Origin: an uncultured virus (IMG/VR IMGVR_UViG_3300029825_000005)
Taxonomy: Duplodnaviria > Heunggongvirae > Uroviricota > Caudoviricetes
DNA length: 64,000 bases
Strand: one strand, 5' to 3'
IMG/VR virus record: IMGVR_UViG_3300029825_000005
Span: 1 to 64,000 of that record
Both the position numbers and the translations under genes were made by a program. Below, one piece after another: positions 36,438 through 45,147 of this stretch; the stretch's first letter is position 1, and every line of letters begins with the position of its first letter. The notes under the pieces are model-generated. The model worked only from the letters and a program-made list of their open reading frames with translations, searched no databases and was not told the DNA's origin.

Positions 36438-36764
36438 TTAATTCGATAAAGTCTCCTTTCCTGGTTTGCTTGACCAGATAGGATAACCATAATAGGTGTT
36501 TCCTTCTTCGTCAATGCTGTAAAGAGATAGGTGGTATGGTCCTGCTGGTATGCCTTCATTGTTTTCTTCTCTCCAAATGCTGAGAGCATAGCTGTAGAAG
36601 TAATACCAATAATCATCCAGCTCATGTTTGCGTTTCTTGTCATAGAGTAGCAAGGTTAGCATAAGCTTCGATAATCTTACTGTCACGTCAAGTGGGATGT
36701 AGTCGTGAGTAAAATCTAAGAAGTATTCTTCCACGATTTCCATTGTTAGTTTGTGTTTATTCAT
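36438..36764 (-). CDS. Hypothetical protein
   Basis: 108-aa ORF whose start overlaps a GATTATCGAA copy. Confidence 0.6.
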   Translation of the reverse strand: MNKHKLTMEIVEEYFLDFTHDYIPLDVTVRLSKLMLTLLLYDKKRKHELDDYWYYFYSYALSIWREENNEGIPAGPYHLSLYSIDEEGNTYYGYPIWSSKPGKETLSN

Positions 36765-36881
36765 TCGATAATCATTTCTACTTTCTGTCCCAGTCGTTGA
36801 GTTTGCAAGCTAAGTAACCTGCGGTAAAAAACAGCACGTAAAGTAAGAAGTCAATGAGCGGTAACATTCGATAATCCTTTC

Positions 36882-37100
36882 TTAGTAGGGTCGTTTTATC
36901 CAGTTGAATTTGTTAATAGCTCGTGTTGCGTGGTCAAGGGCTTGTTCCAATGCGATAATCTCTATGTTGCTGGGTTCATCCATATGGTCAAGCTTGATTG
37001 ATTCCATCAAGTCGTCTATTTCCTGGGCGATGTCGTCAAGTTGACTCGATAATCTTAGGGCGGTCTTATATTGTCTGTTAGTCAATGTGACGTGCTTCAT
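36882..37100 (-). CDS. Hypothetical helical protein
   Basis: AAAGGA upstream of MKHVTL. Confidence 0.6.
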   Translation of the reverse strand: MKHVTLTNRQYKTALRLSSQLDDIAQEIDDLMESIKLDHMDEPSNIEIIALEQALDHATRAINKFNWIKRPY

Positions 37101-37169
37101 TGTTGTTCCTTTGCCTGCATACAATGCCTACAGGCGGGCTCTAAGGTTCGATAATCTACAAGGCGGGGT

Positions 37170-37817
37170 TTAATAAATGTTGCCGTCTTGCGTGAATAGA
37201 TAGTCCTTTGCTTCGATTGTTTCTATGATGTTTTCATCTGAGCTAAGGTATTCGTGCTCAGTCCGTAGCTGTTGATACATGGCTCTGGCTGTTCGCTGAA
37301 TAAAGCGGTTCAATTCTCTTTCCAGTTCGGTTATTTCGCTTTCTTCTGGGTTGAGGTAGTCTTCGTCAAGGTAGTTTTCAAGTTTCTCGCAAAGTTCACG
37401 CTGTTCGTCTGGGTCAAGCAGGTTATCAAGGCTACTGATTTTTAGTATTACTGACGCTTCATGTGAATAGTAGCGTTCTATGCGTTCAATGTAACAATCA
37501 TAGTCAAGGGATTGGTCTTTGATGTACTTGTAAAAGATCGGGTATGTTTTGTCAGTACCCGATTTTTCCATAAGTTTTACAAGGTCTATAGAGTTTGATG
37601 TAAAAGATAATCCGTCGCCTTGTGAATAGAATCCTGTGTACTTTACTTTGGGGTCGGTCAATCCATAAGTTTCAAGGGTATTCACAAAGTCTTGGATGAT
37701 ATAATCATCCCATCCAATGCAGTTTAAGAGAATATTTCTCATGTCATTGATGGCTTTTTTCTGAGCTTCGTCTGATAGCTCTTCAAAGCTGTATAAGTTT
37801 ACTGTGATGGTTTTCAT
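37170..37817 (-). CDS. Conserved acidic early protein
   Basis: LYSFEELSDEAQKKAI, GFYSQGDG, EYLSSDE.I.E.IEA..Y.FT.DG; AGAAAGGA upstream. Confidence 0.7.
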   Translation of the reverse strand: MKTITVNLYSFEELSDEAQKKAINDMRNILLNCIGWDDYIIQDFVNTLETYGLTDPKVKYTGFYSQGDGLSFTSNSIDLVKLMEKSGTDKTYPIFYKYIKDQSLDYDCYIERIERYYSHEASVILKISSLDNLLDPDEQRELCEKLENYLDEDYLNPEESEITELERELNRFIQRTARAMYQQLRTEHEYLSSDENIIETIEAKDYLFTQDGNIY

Positions 37818-37942
37818 TCGATAATCCTTTCTGGGGTTTTGGCTTGGGCTATGGTAGCATGGCTTTGATTAAGTCTGGGTCTTGGGTTCGATAAACTTTT
37901 TTCATGAGCGCACCAATAACTGTGAGCGGGCTGATATATATG

Positions 37943-38467
37943 TCAACTAAGTACAATAGTCCTGGGTATTCTTTTGCTTTCCAACTTCCACGTGCTGTGA
38001 GTTCTTCGTACTCTGCGTTTGTGAATGGGTAGCGGGCTTTTGCGTCTAATCGATTGATACCCGTTGCTGCTAATTACTATATGGTCAAGCAATGGCAAGG
38101 CTAACAGCTTGCAAGCATTAATTAAGTCTGCGGTTAAGCGTTCATCTTCCGGGCTGGGTTTGGGGTCTCCCCCGGGGTGATTGTGGAAGACTATTATATT
38201 ATCGGCTTCACTTTGTAGCGCAGGGCGCAAAATGTCTTTGATTTCAATATTTATTTGTGAATTTGTTCCTATGTAATTAAGCGTGATGCTGATTAATCGT
38301 AATTGAGAATTCAGTGCCACTGTATAAAATCTTTCTTGCCGTGACTCTACTATTAGGGGGTCTATGATTTTAATCAGGTCTTCGGGTGTTGCCACTTTTG
38401 GGCGGGTGTCTGCTTCGTAGGTGGCGGTTAAGGTATTGTCAAGTATGTAGCGGGCGGGCTGTGTCAT
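37943..38467 (-). CDS. RadC-like JAB domain protein
   Basis: QERF..V.LN, HNHPGGDPKPSPED, LLDHIVI. Confidence 0.9.
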   Translation of the reverse strand: MTQPARYILDNTLTATYEADTRPKVATPEDLIKIIDPLIVESRQERFYTVALNSQLRLISITLNYIGTNSQINIEIKDILRPALQSEADNIIVFHNHPGGDPKPSPEDERLTADLINACKLLALPLLDHIVISSNGYQSIRRKSPLPIHKRRVRRTHSTWKLESKRIPRTIVLS

Positions 38468-38512
38468 GGTTTCCTTTCTGCCGGGGATTAGCCGCCCCGG
38501 CTCGGCTGAACA

Positions 38513-38785
38513 TTATATCCGTCCTGTTTTGGCATAATCACAAACGTCTGATGTCGCTTCCCAAAAATCGCCGCCTTCTGTTGTGCCGATTATGCGTCCG
38601 TCTTCCGTTTCCTGTAGTCCAGTGACGCGATATTTACTGTAATGATAGCGCTGCCCATCGTAGTGCTTGGCATGTACAACCAGGTCGCGCCCTTCTTGTG
38701 CTGCTCTGCGTGACGTGTCAAAGTTAGTTGCGTGTGCCCCGCCGTACATATTAGTGTCCTCATAGACTGTTAATGCTCTTTTCAT
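38513..38785 (-). CDS. Hypothetical early protein
   Basis: Hairpin plus AGAAAGGA upstream. Confidence 0.6.
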   Translation of the reverse strand: MKRALTVYEDTNMYGGAHATNFDTSRRAAQEGRDLVVHAKHYDGQRYHYSKYRVTGLQETEDGRIIGTTEGGDFWEATSDVCDYAKTGRI

Positions 38786-39004
38786 TTTACTTTCCTTTCT
38801 GCCGGGATAACGCTCCCGGCGGGCGGATCTGGTGGGTGGGTTATTCTTATTCTTGGGTCTGGTCTGGGTTGATGATGTCTTGGATAGCTTGTAGCTTATC
38901 CTTTAGGGCTATAACTTCATTTAGGTATGTATGGAATAGGCGTTGATACATGTCTCTCTCTTTTTCCATGTCGTCAAGTTTTTGTTGGATGTAAGCGTTC
39001 TCTA

Positions 39005-39298
39005 TTACTGACATTTTAGGGTTTCCTTTCCTGTGTATGTGTATTGGGCGGTGGTTGCGTCTGTGATGGTGTAGTGTTCTAGCATCACGGGGCGCTGGTT
39101 TATTGATGTTTCAATGGCAAAATCTGGTTCTCCAAAGCATAAGGCACCTGCAAGGGTCTGTTTTAATACGGTGGCGTGTACGCTGCCATATGTTTCTACA
39201 ATTGTAATGCTGGGCTGGTTGTCTCTTGCGGCGCTGTAACATATGCCCTTGTAGCTGATGGTTTTCATTGTCGCGCGCTGCGGATAGTTGCCTTTCAT
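39005..39298 (-). CDS. Hypothetical early protein (first gene of the leftward arm)
   Basis: Hairpin plus AGAAAGG upstream. Confidence 0.55.
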   Translation of the reverse strand: MKGNYPQRATMKTISYKGICYSAARDNQPSITIVETYGSVHATVLKQTLAGALCFGEPDFAIETSINQRPVMLEHYTITDATTAQYTYTGKETLKCQ

Positions 39299-39365
39299 TG
39301 TGTAACCTTTCTCCCGGTTATTATGACCGGCCGGGGCGGGTTGGGTGGGTTGTCTTTATGCTTAT

Positions 39366-39393
39366 AGTATAGCCACGGCTACTATAATTACAA
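39366..39393 (-). promoter_or_regulatory. Leftward early promoter
   Basis: TTGTAA-16 nt-TATACT on the minus strand, overlapped by an inverted repeat. Confidence 0.55.
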
Positions 39394-39454
39394 TAATACT
39401 TAAGTACTATTTTTGATTTTAGGGGCATTAGTGGCATATAGTACTTAAGTACTA
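39394..39454. promoter_or_regulatory. Pair of 16-bp palindromic operator-like sites
   Basis: TAATACTTAAGTACTA at 39394 and perfect TAGTACTTAAGTACTA at 39439. Confidence 0.6.
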
Positions 39455-39844
39455 GAAGGCTTTGTATAAGGTATTCAAGGCGTGGCGGGGGCGTTTTGGG
39501 TGTCCGTCTTTAGGCAAAATGTCGGCTTGATTACTTTGTGGGGTTTTGCCGTTGTTGGGTTGTTAGCATTGTGTAAGCTGGTATAATGTACGATACATAG
39601 TATAGGATGGTGGGTGGTGGTGTGGTGTGGTGAGTGGCAGCTGGCGCAAGGGTGATGATGTGATGGTGTACTGGTAGCGCGTGGCGGTTGGGGTGGTATA
39701 ATGTAAGGAAGCGTGCCGATGATTACGGAAGCAACGGTGGCACAACAGACAAGAGGGGGGGCATGTACAGAAAAGGAAGAAAGAAGTTAGGATATACCAG
39801 CACGGAAATTTTAGTGGCTTAAAAGGAAAGGTTGTGAGATACAA

Positions 39845-40273
39845 ATGGATAACACAAAGATAGACATAGTACCGAAGAGGAACAACAGGCGAGCGGACAT
39901 ATGGAGCAAGATAAACCCAGAGAAGATAGACGTACATCACAAAATAAGTCCAGAAGCAGTAAAGGCGTTGATACGGTTAGTAGAGTTGACGGGGATGACG
40001 CAGGCAGCGATAATAGAGATGGCAGTAGTGGCGTTATTAGTAGGGATGACGAACAATCCGTATTATGAGGGATTATTAGACAACAATGCGACAATGCAGA
40101 AGATAAAGCACAGATACCCAAAGAGCATAGACAAGTTCAGTTTTGACAAAGTAAGGGAGCGGGCGTTGAAGGGAAGAACGCCTATACAGAGGAAGTGGTT
40201 GAGAGACTTTGTAGAGAAAGACGAATTATACAGAAAGAATGGGAAAGTAGAAGAGGAAGATAAAGAAGTGTAG
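39845..40273 (+). CDS. Hypothetical protein, possibly ribbon-helix-helix DNA-binding
   Basis: VHHKISPEAVKALIRL..LTGMTQAAIIEMA; very purine-rich coding strand. Confidence 0.6.
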   Translation: MDNTKIDIVPKRNNRRADIWSKINPEKIDVHHKISPEAVKALIRLVELTGMTQAAIIEMAVVALLVGMTNNPYYEGLLDNNATMQKIKHRYPKSIDKFSFDKVRERALKGRTPIQRKWLRDFVEKDELYRKNGKVEEEDKEV

Positions 40274-40495
40274 TATAATATAGATGCTCCTTTTGCCAGC
40301 CCCACCAGTGTCCTCAACCGTTACTACACAAAGAGACAGGGTGGGGCTTTCGCTATCATTGCGGTTATAACCTCAAAATCGCCTAATTGCGGTTATAACT
40401 CCAAACCAGACTTTTGTGGTTTTTGATGCTATACTCTGATTACAACAAAACACACAATAATACTGTATAATAAAATGGTTGAGGAGGATTAACCT

Positions 40496-40864
40496 ATGAA
40501 ACGAGATACAGAATACAACCCCAAGTCAAGAGGTGCGAAGATTGCTGACCTTGTCACAGGTCGTTTGAGCAAGCAAATCAAGGTAGAGCTGCCAGAGGAA
40601 GGTGTTACGCTGGTAGAACGGCGCATTATCCTGGCTGAAGCGCTTATTCAGCTGTTGACAACTGGAGAAGTAAGGCTGCCTGACAGACGTGACCCCGACA
40701 CTGGAGAGCTGATAAAAGGCAAAATCTTCACGTATGATGCCGATGGGTGGATTGAGCACGTCACCAAGCTATTGCGCTACATTGAGCCGCCTGTTCAGCA
40801 AATGGAAGTGAACGACATCAAGGGCGTTTTTATGAGCAAAGACTTTGAGCCAGATGAAGAATGA
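40496..40864 (+). CDS. Putative terminase small subunit (phage B)
   Basis: GAGGAGG upstream; overlaps the TerL start. Confidence 0.55.
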   Translation: MKRDTEYNPKSRGAKIADLVTGRLSKQIKVELPEEGVTLVERRIILAEALIQLLTTGEVRLPDRRDPDTGELIKGKIFTYDADGWIEHVTKLLRYIEPPVQQMEVNDIKGVFMSKDFEPDEE

Positions 40865-42200
40865 GCTGGTCCAGTGGGATGAAATTGTAGGCTTCACGCC
40901 AAAGCAGTTAGAAGCCTACAAAGCTATCCATAAATATAAGTTTTTGTTATATGGCGGCGCTCGTGGTGGTGGTAAATCAAGATGGGGCAGGTGGTCACTT
41001 GCCTCTTTGCATTTATATTGGGCTTCAAAGGGGATAAGGAACGTCACAACAGGGCTGTTTTCTCGCACTTACACTGATTTACAAGAACGCCAGATAGCAA
41101 AGATAGGCGCAGAGTTCCCAGATTGGCTCGGCACGCTCAAAGAAAGCAGAGAACACGGTCTCGCTTTCTACATAGATAACAAGTTTGGTGGTGGCGCTAT
41201 CACTTTGAAGAACCTGGATGACACTTCTAAGTATAAAAGCGCTGAGTTTGCTGCTATTTTTGTGGATGAGCTGACTGAAAATCAGATAGACGTATTCAAT
41301 ACCCTGCTCGGCTCGCTCAGATGGGCGGGTATCAGCCACACCCCCTTCTTTGCAGGCTCTAACCCTGACGGTATTGGCAACGAGTGGGTGTATAACTACT
41401 TCATTGAGAAGGAATATCCGCCAGAAATGCAGAATATGGCTAATCAATTCCATTTTGTGCCTTCAAAACCAGGGGATAACCCCTATTTAGACGAGAATTA
41501 CTACCAAATGCTCAATTCTTTGCCACCAGACCTCAAAAAAGCGTGGGTAGACGGCGAATGGAACTTGTTTAAGGGGCTTGCCTTCAAATCTTTCAAGAAA
41601 GAGACCCACGTTATCGAACCTTTCTACATTCCAGAGCATTGGGCACGCATTATAGGTATAGATAGCGGGTACGCAGCCCCATTTTGCTGTTTGTTTGGCG
41701 CACGCAATCCCGATAATGGACGTATTTATATCTATAAAGAGATTTATAAGACTGAACTCACAGACCAGCAGCAGGCTCGTTTGATTCTGGACTATTCTGA
41801 CCCAGAGGAACGTAGAGCGGTGAAGTATGCCGACCCTGCTATGTGGGTTAGAAAGACTCAGCGTGAAGTTACATCAAGTAGTAAAATATACGCAGAGAAC
41901 GGCTTGTTTCTCAGGAAAGGAAACAATGACCGTATTCAAGGGAAAAGGCAGGTTGACCGCCTGTTACAACCGATGGAAGATGGGATGCCAGGTATTGTGT
42001 TTTTTGAGAATTGCACTAATATTATTAAACAATTGTCTCACCTGGTTTATGATAAGAACAACCCAGAGGATGTAGACACCAGAGCGGAAGACCATGCTTA
42101 CGATGCTCTTAAGTATTTGCTTACTTCTGTAGGCGATTACAAGAGGAAAACACCAATAACGCAAACAACTTCACCGTTTGCTAAACTGACGAGGGTATAA
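40845..42200 (+). CDS. terL: Terminase large subunit (phage B)
   Basis: YGGARGGGKS, FVDELTE, GSNPDG, GIDSGY, EDHAYDALKY. Confidence 0.95.
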   Translation: MSQMKNELVQWDEIVGFTPKQLEAYKAIHKYKFLLYGGARGGGKSRWGRWSLASLHLYWASKGIRNVTTGLFSRTYTDLQERQIAKIGAEFPDWLGTLKESREHGLAFYIDNKFGGGAITLKNLDDTSKYKSAEFAAIFVDELTENQIDVFNTLLGSLRWAGISHTPFFAGSNPDGIGNEWVYNYFIEKEYPPEMQNMANQFHFVPSKPGDNPYLDENYYQMLNSLPPDLKKAWVDGEWNLFKGLAFKSFKKETHVIEPFYIPEHWARIIGIDSGYAAPFCCLFGARNPDNGRIYIYKEIYKTELTDQQQARLILDYSDPEERRAVKYADPAMWVRKTQREVTSSSKIYAENGLFLRKGNNDRIQGKRQVDRLLQPMEDGMPGIVFFENCTNIIKQLSHLVYDKNNPEDVDTRAEDHAYDALKYLLTSVGDYKRKTPITQTTSPFAKLTRV

Positions 42201-44014
42201 TGGCTATCAACATAGACGCTTTCAAAAACGCTAAAGACCACGGCGAGGAGTTGTATGCGACTCACTCATCTGCAAGGGCTATCCATAAAAAGATTGATGA
42301 GATGATAAATATGAAGTGGAGCGGGCAACCTGACGTTCAGAACGTCAAGGTCACTATCTCACCTTCGGTCCGCAACCAGTTTATGGGAGCTGTTAGAATC
42401 CTAACCTCTACTGACCCACAGATAAACGTTCCCCACGATAAGAACAGCGCTCAGTCTATAGCGATGGCAGAGAACATCGAGAAGATTTGTAAAGCCGTCT
42501 GGTATCACTCTGGTAGACTTCTACAAAAGCCTGTGCATTATGACTTGACTAACGCTCTCTTGCGCTATGGTCAATTTCACCTGGCTGTTACCGACACGAC
42601 TGACCTGCTTGAGCACTACCGCAATGGGATGACGAATAAAGCTACCCTGGCAAGGTATGAGCGTATTGCTAAGTACACGCCATTTCTCTTTACCCCTATA
42701 GACCCAAAGACTGGCAGCGCTCAGTTTGATGCTTATGGCTTGACTGCTTACTACCGACAGACTGAAACGACCTATGGCAATATCCGCTCTATGTTTGGAG
42801 ACCGTGAAAGCTACGCTACTAAGAAAGCTACAGAGGTAGTAACCTACAAAGAGTATTGGAGTTTAGAGCACCACTTCACCTGGATTGACGCTGAGGACAT
42901 ACCGTTTATTGGCGCAGACAACAATGGAGAACACGGCTTGCCGATTATTCCGATTGTAGTGCAGTCTGCTGAGGGCGTAGCGTTTGAAAAAGACCCTGAG
43001 CTGAAATCGCAGTCTTTCCTGTATGGTGTTCAGAAGTCCGAGATGTGGGAGCGGTTGAACCTAATCAACACGCTCAACTTCACCAACCTGTTTGCCTACG
43101 CCATGCAACCTGCTTTTGTGCACGAGAAGGGAGAACAGGACAGCGAGATAGTTCCTGACTTTTCTGTGGCAGGTGGCGTGTTACATCTGAACCCAGGCGA
43201 CAAGTTCGGTCCTATGAAACGTGAAGTAATCAACCAGGACATTATGTTCAGTAAGCAGATGCTCGACCAGCAGATAGAAGAATCCACTATGTATAAGCAG
43301 GCGCTTGGTGGTGGAGACCCTGGCAATGCCGCATTTTCTACCATTGCCTTGTTATCTCAGTCTGGGCGATTGCCATTGATTGCACCCCAGCGCTGCGGTG
43401 GGGCTGGCATTGGGCAGGCGTTTGAAACGATGTTTGCTCTAATGAAAGACAACCCGACCAAACGCACTTACCTTTCAGAACACGGTCTTGAACAAATAAA
43501 GACGGCTGAGATACCTGACGACCTTATTATTGATGTGAAGCTGGAAGCCGACTTGCCACAGGATAAACTGCAGATGGCTAACGTGGCAGCGATTATGAAA
43601 CAGAACAGCTTTGTTTCTGACGAATGGATTAGAGAGAACATTCTCGGTATCGGGCAATCTGATGATATGACTAAGAAGATTGTTGAAGAGCGCTTTGCTG
43701 ATATGCGTATTGAAGAATATTTCACTGGCGCTATGCGCCAAGAGATAGAGCTGCAGATACAACAGCAGATGGCTCAACAGATGGCGCAGCAACAACAAAT
43801 GATGCAACAGCCACCTATGCCGCAAGGTATGCCACAGGGCGCGATGCCGCAAGGTATGCCCCCAGGTGGTATGCCACAAGACATTCAGTTTGACCCAGCG
43901 ATGGGCGGAATGCCACCAGTAGTAGGCAAGGGCGCTATCCCTGCCAGCCGACCTAACATGAAGCCAACTTCAGCCAATGGTGAACCGCAAGGCATTCAGG
44001 AAGGTGAAATGTGA
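42200..44014 (+). CDS. Portal protein (podovirus-type)
   Basis: 604 aa after TerL; Q/M/P-rich C-terminal tail. Confidence 0.75.
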   Translation: MAINIDAFKNAKDHGEELYATHSSARAIHKKIDEMINMKWSGQPDVQNVKVTISPSVRNQFMGAVRILTSTDPQINVPHDKNSAQSIAMAENIEKICKAVWYHSGRLLQKPVHYDLTNALLRYGQFHLAVTDTTDLLEHYRNGMTNKATLARYERIAKYTPFLFTPIDPKTGSAQFDAYGLTAYYRQTETTYGNIRSMFGDRESYATKKATEVVTYKEYWSLEHHFTWIDAEDIPFIGADNNGEHGLPIIPIVVQSAEGVAFEKDPELKSQSFLYGVQKSEMWERLNLINTLNFTNLFAYAMQPAFVHEKGEQDSEIVPDFSVAGGVLHLNPGDKFGPMKREVINQDIMFSKQMLDQQIEESTMYKQALGGGDPGNAAFSTIALLSQSGRLPLIAPQRCGGAGIGQAFETMFALMKDNPTKRTYLSEHGLEQIKTAEIPDDLIIDVKLEADLPQDKLQMANVAAIMKQNSFVSDEWIRENILGIGQSDDMTKKIVEERFADMRIEEYFTGAMRQEIELQIQQQMAQQMAQQQQMMQQPPMPQGMPQGAMPQGMPPGGMPQDIQFDPAMGGMPPVVGKGAIPASRPNMKPTSANGEPQGIQEGEM

Positions 44015-44208
44015 TAACAATCAGAGATGCGATAGATGCTTTTATTAAAGCAAAAGCTTCGTTTATAGAAATACAGACGGAGTTTGAAACAGCTTGGGCT
44101 GCGCCTGCGGATAGAGCAATTAGCAGAATGCTCGCACAGCAGATGAAAGGCATGCCAGAAGTCAATCAAGAGGAATTGTCTCAATTAGAGAACGAGATAG
44201 GAGTATGA
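44011..44208 (+). CDS. Small hypothetical protein
   Basis: GTGA coupling with the portal stop. Confidence 0.55.
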   Translation: MITIRDAIDAFIKAKASFIEIQTEFETAWAAPADRAISRMLAQQMKGMPEVNQEELSQLENEIGV

Positions 44209-44209
44209 T

Positions 44210-45139
44210 ATGCCACTCAACTATAACGTCAAGCAAACAGATACCGGCGCAGGTGGTGGCTACAACACCTCCTTCACTATCAAGCCGCCTAAGAAAAAGA
44301 ATCCAAAACCTCTCTGGGATTATACGCTGACTGTTATTCCGAATAAACCGCCAGTAAAGCCGCAACCTGTTTGGGATGAGTACAACACAGGCTGGCAGCC
44401 TAATTCGTATAATCCGTATGCCCAACCAGCCTATGAAATATACGGTGGTTCTAACAGGAAACAATTGAACTTGCCACCAGTTACAGTACCGACAGCACCA
44501 GCGCCAGCCCCTGTGGTCAATAGAGTTGCTAAAGCCAATCCAGCAGTGCAGTCGTTTATCAATCTGATGAGAGGTACAGCGCTCAGTATGCCTACCTTTG
44601 ACCCTTATGAAACACCTATTACTGGCGACCCATACGACCACGGCGCTTATGTAGCGACAACAGCGCCTAATGTCAACCCATATCAAGCCGATTTAGATTG
44701 GGCTATGGCTAAAAGACAGAAGAACTCCCCCCAGGATTACTTTGACCGTATTGTTTTGAATGGGCGCACTTATGCCGTTCCTAACCAAATGCTCAACTTC
44801 GCTAAGGATTACCCCTGGGATACTTTGCCTTCCTGGTATGCGCCACCCGCAGATTTCACAGGCTCGCCTGAGTGGAAAGAAGTTACAGGTCCACCCGCAG
44901 ACAACGGCGCTCCTGCTGGTGGTGGCTGGGGCGGATGGGGCGGTGGTGGTGGCGGGTTTACACCCATGCCTTCTTCCCCAGGATACACTGGCTATGGTGG
45001 CGGTTATAATCCTTCTCGCTCTCCCAGACCTGCTTACTATCAAGGTAGATACGGCAGCAGCGGTGGCGGTGGCGGGTATGTAGGCAGTCAAAGTCAACGT
45101 GGCGCTTGGTACGGTGCTTTACTACAATGGAACATATAA
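44210..45139 (+). CDS. Pro/Gly/Tyr-rich protein, putative ejection protein
   Basis: Low-complexity; lies between the portal and the giant protein. Confidence 0.55.
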   Translation: MPLNYNVKQTDTGAGGGYNTSFTIKPPKKKNPKPLWDYTLTVIPNKPPVKPQPVWDEYNTGWQPNSYNPYAQPAYEIYGGSNRKQLNLPPVTVPTAPAPAPVVNRVAKANPAVQSFINLMRGTALSMPTFDPYETPITGDPYDHGAYVATTAPNVNPYQADLDWAMAKRQKNSPQDYFDRIVLNGRTYAVPNQMLNFAKDYPWDTLPSWYAPPADFTGSPEWKEVTGPPADNGAPAGGGWGGWGGGGGGFTPMPSSPGYTGYGGGYNPSRSPRPAYYQGRYGSSGGGGGYVGSQSQRGAWYGALLQWNI

Positions 45140-45147
45140 GGCGATAA

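Larger units (their letters stand above)
34761..37826 (-). repeat. Co-oriented TTCGATAATC motif array (GATTATCGAA on the coding strand)
   Basis: Exact copies at 34761, 35598, 36029, 36667, 36764, 36867, 37147 and 37817, plus near-matches. Confidence 0.85.

Noticed and set aside
36687..38980. Frequent GTCAAG (CTTGAC) hexamer as many -35 boxes
   Set aside because: Mostly in-frame Leu-Asp codons, also common in phage B late genes; no matching -10 boxes seen.
39563..40121. Minus-strand ORFs of 125 and 100 aa
   Set aside because: Low-complexity products of the strand skew, no SD, and one opposes a better plus-strand gene.
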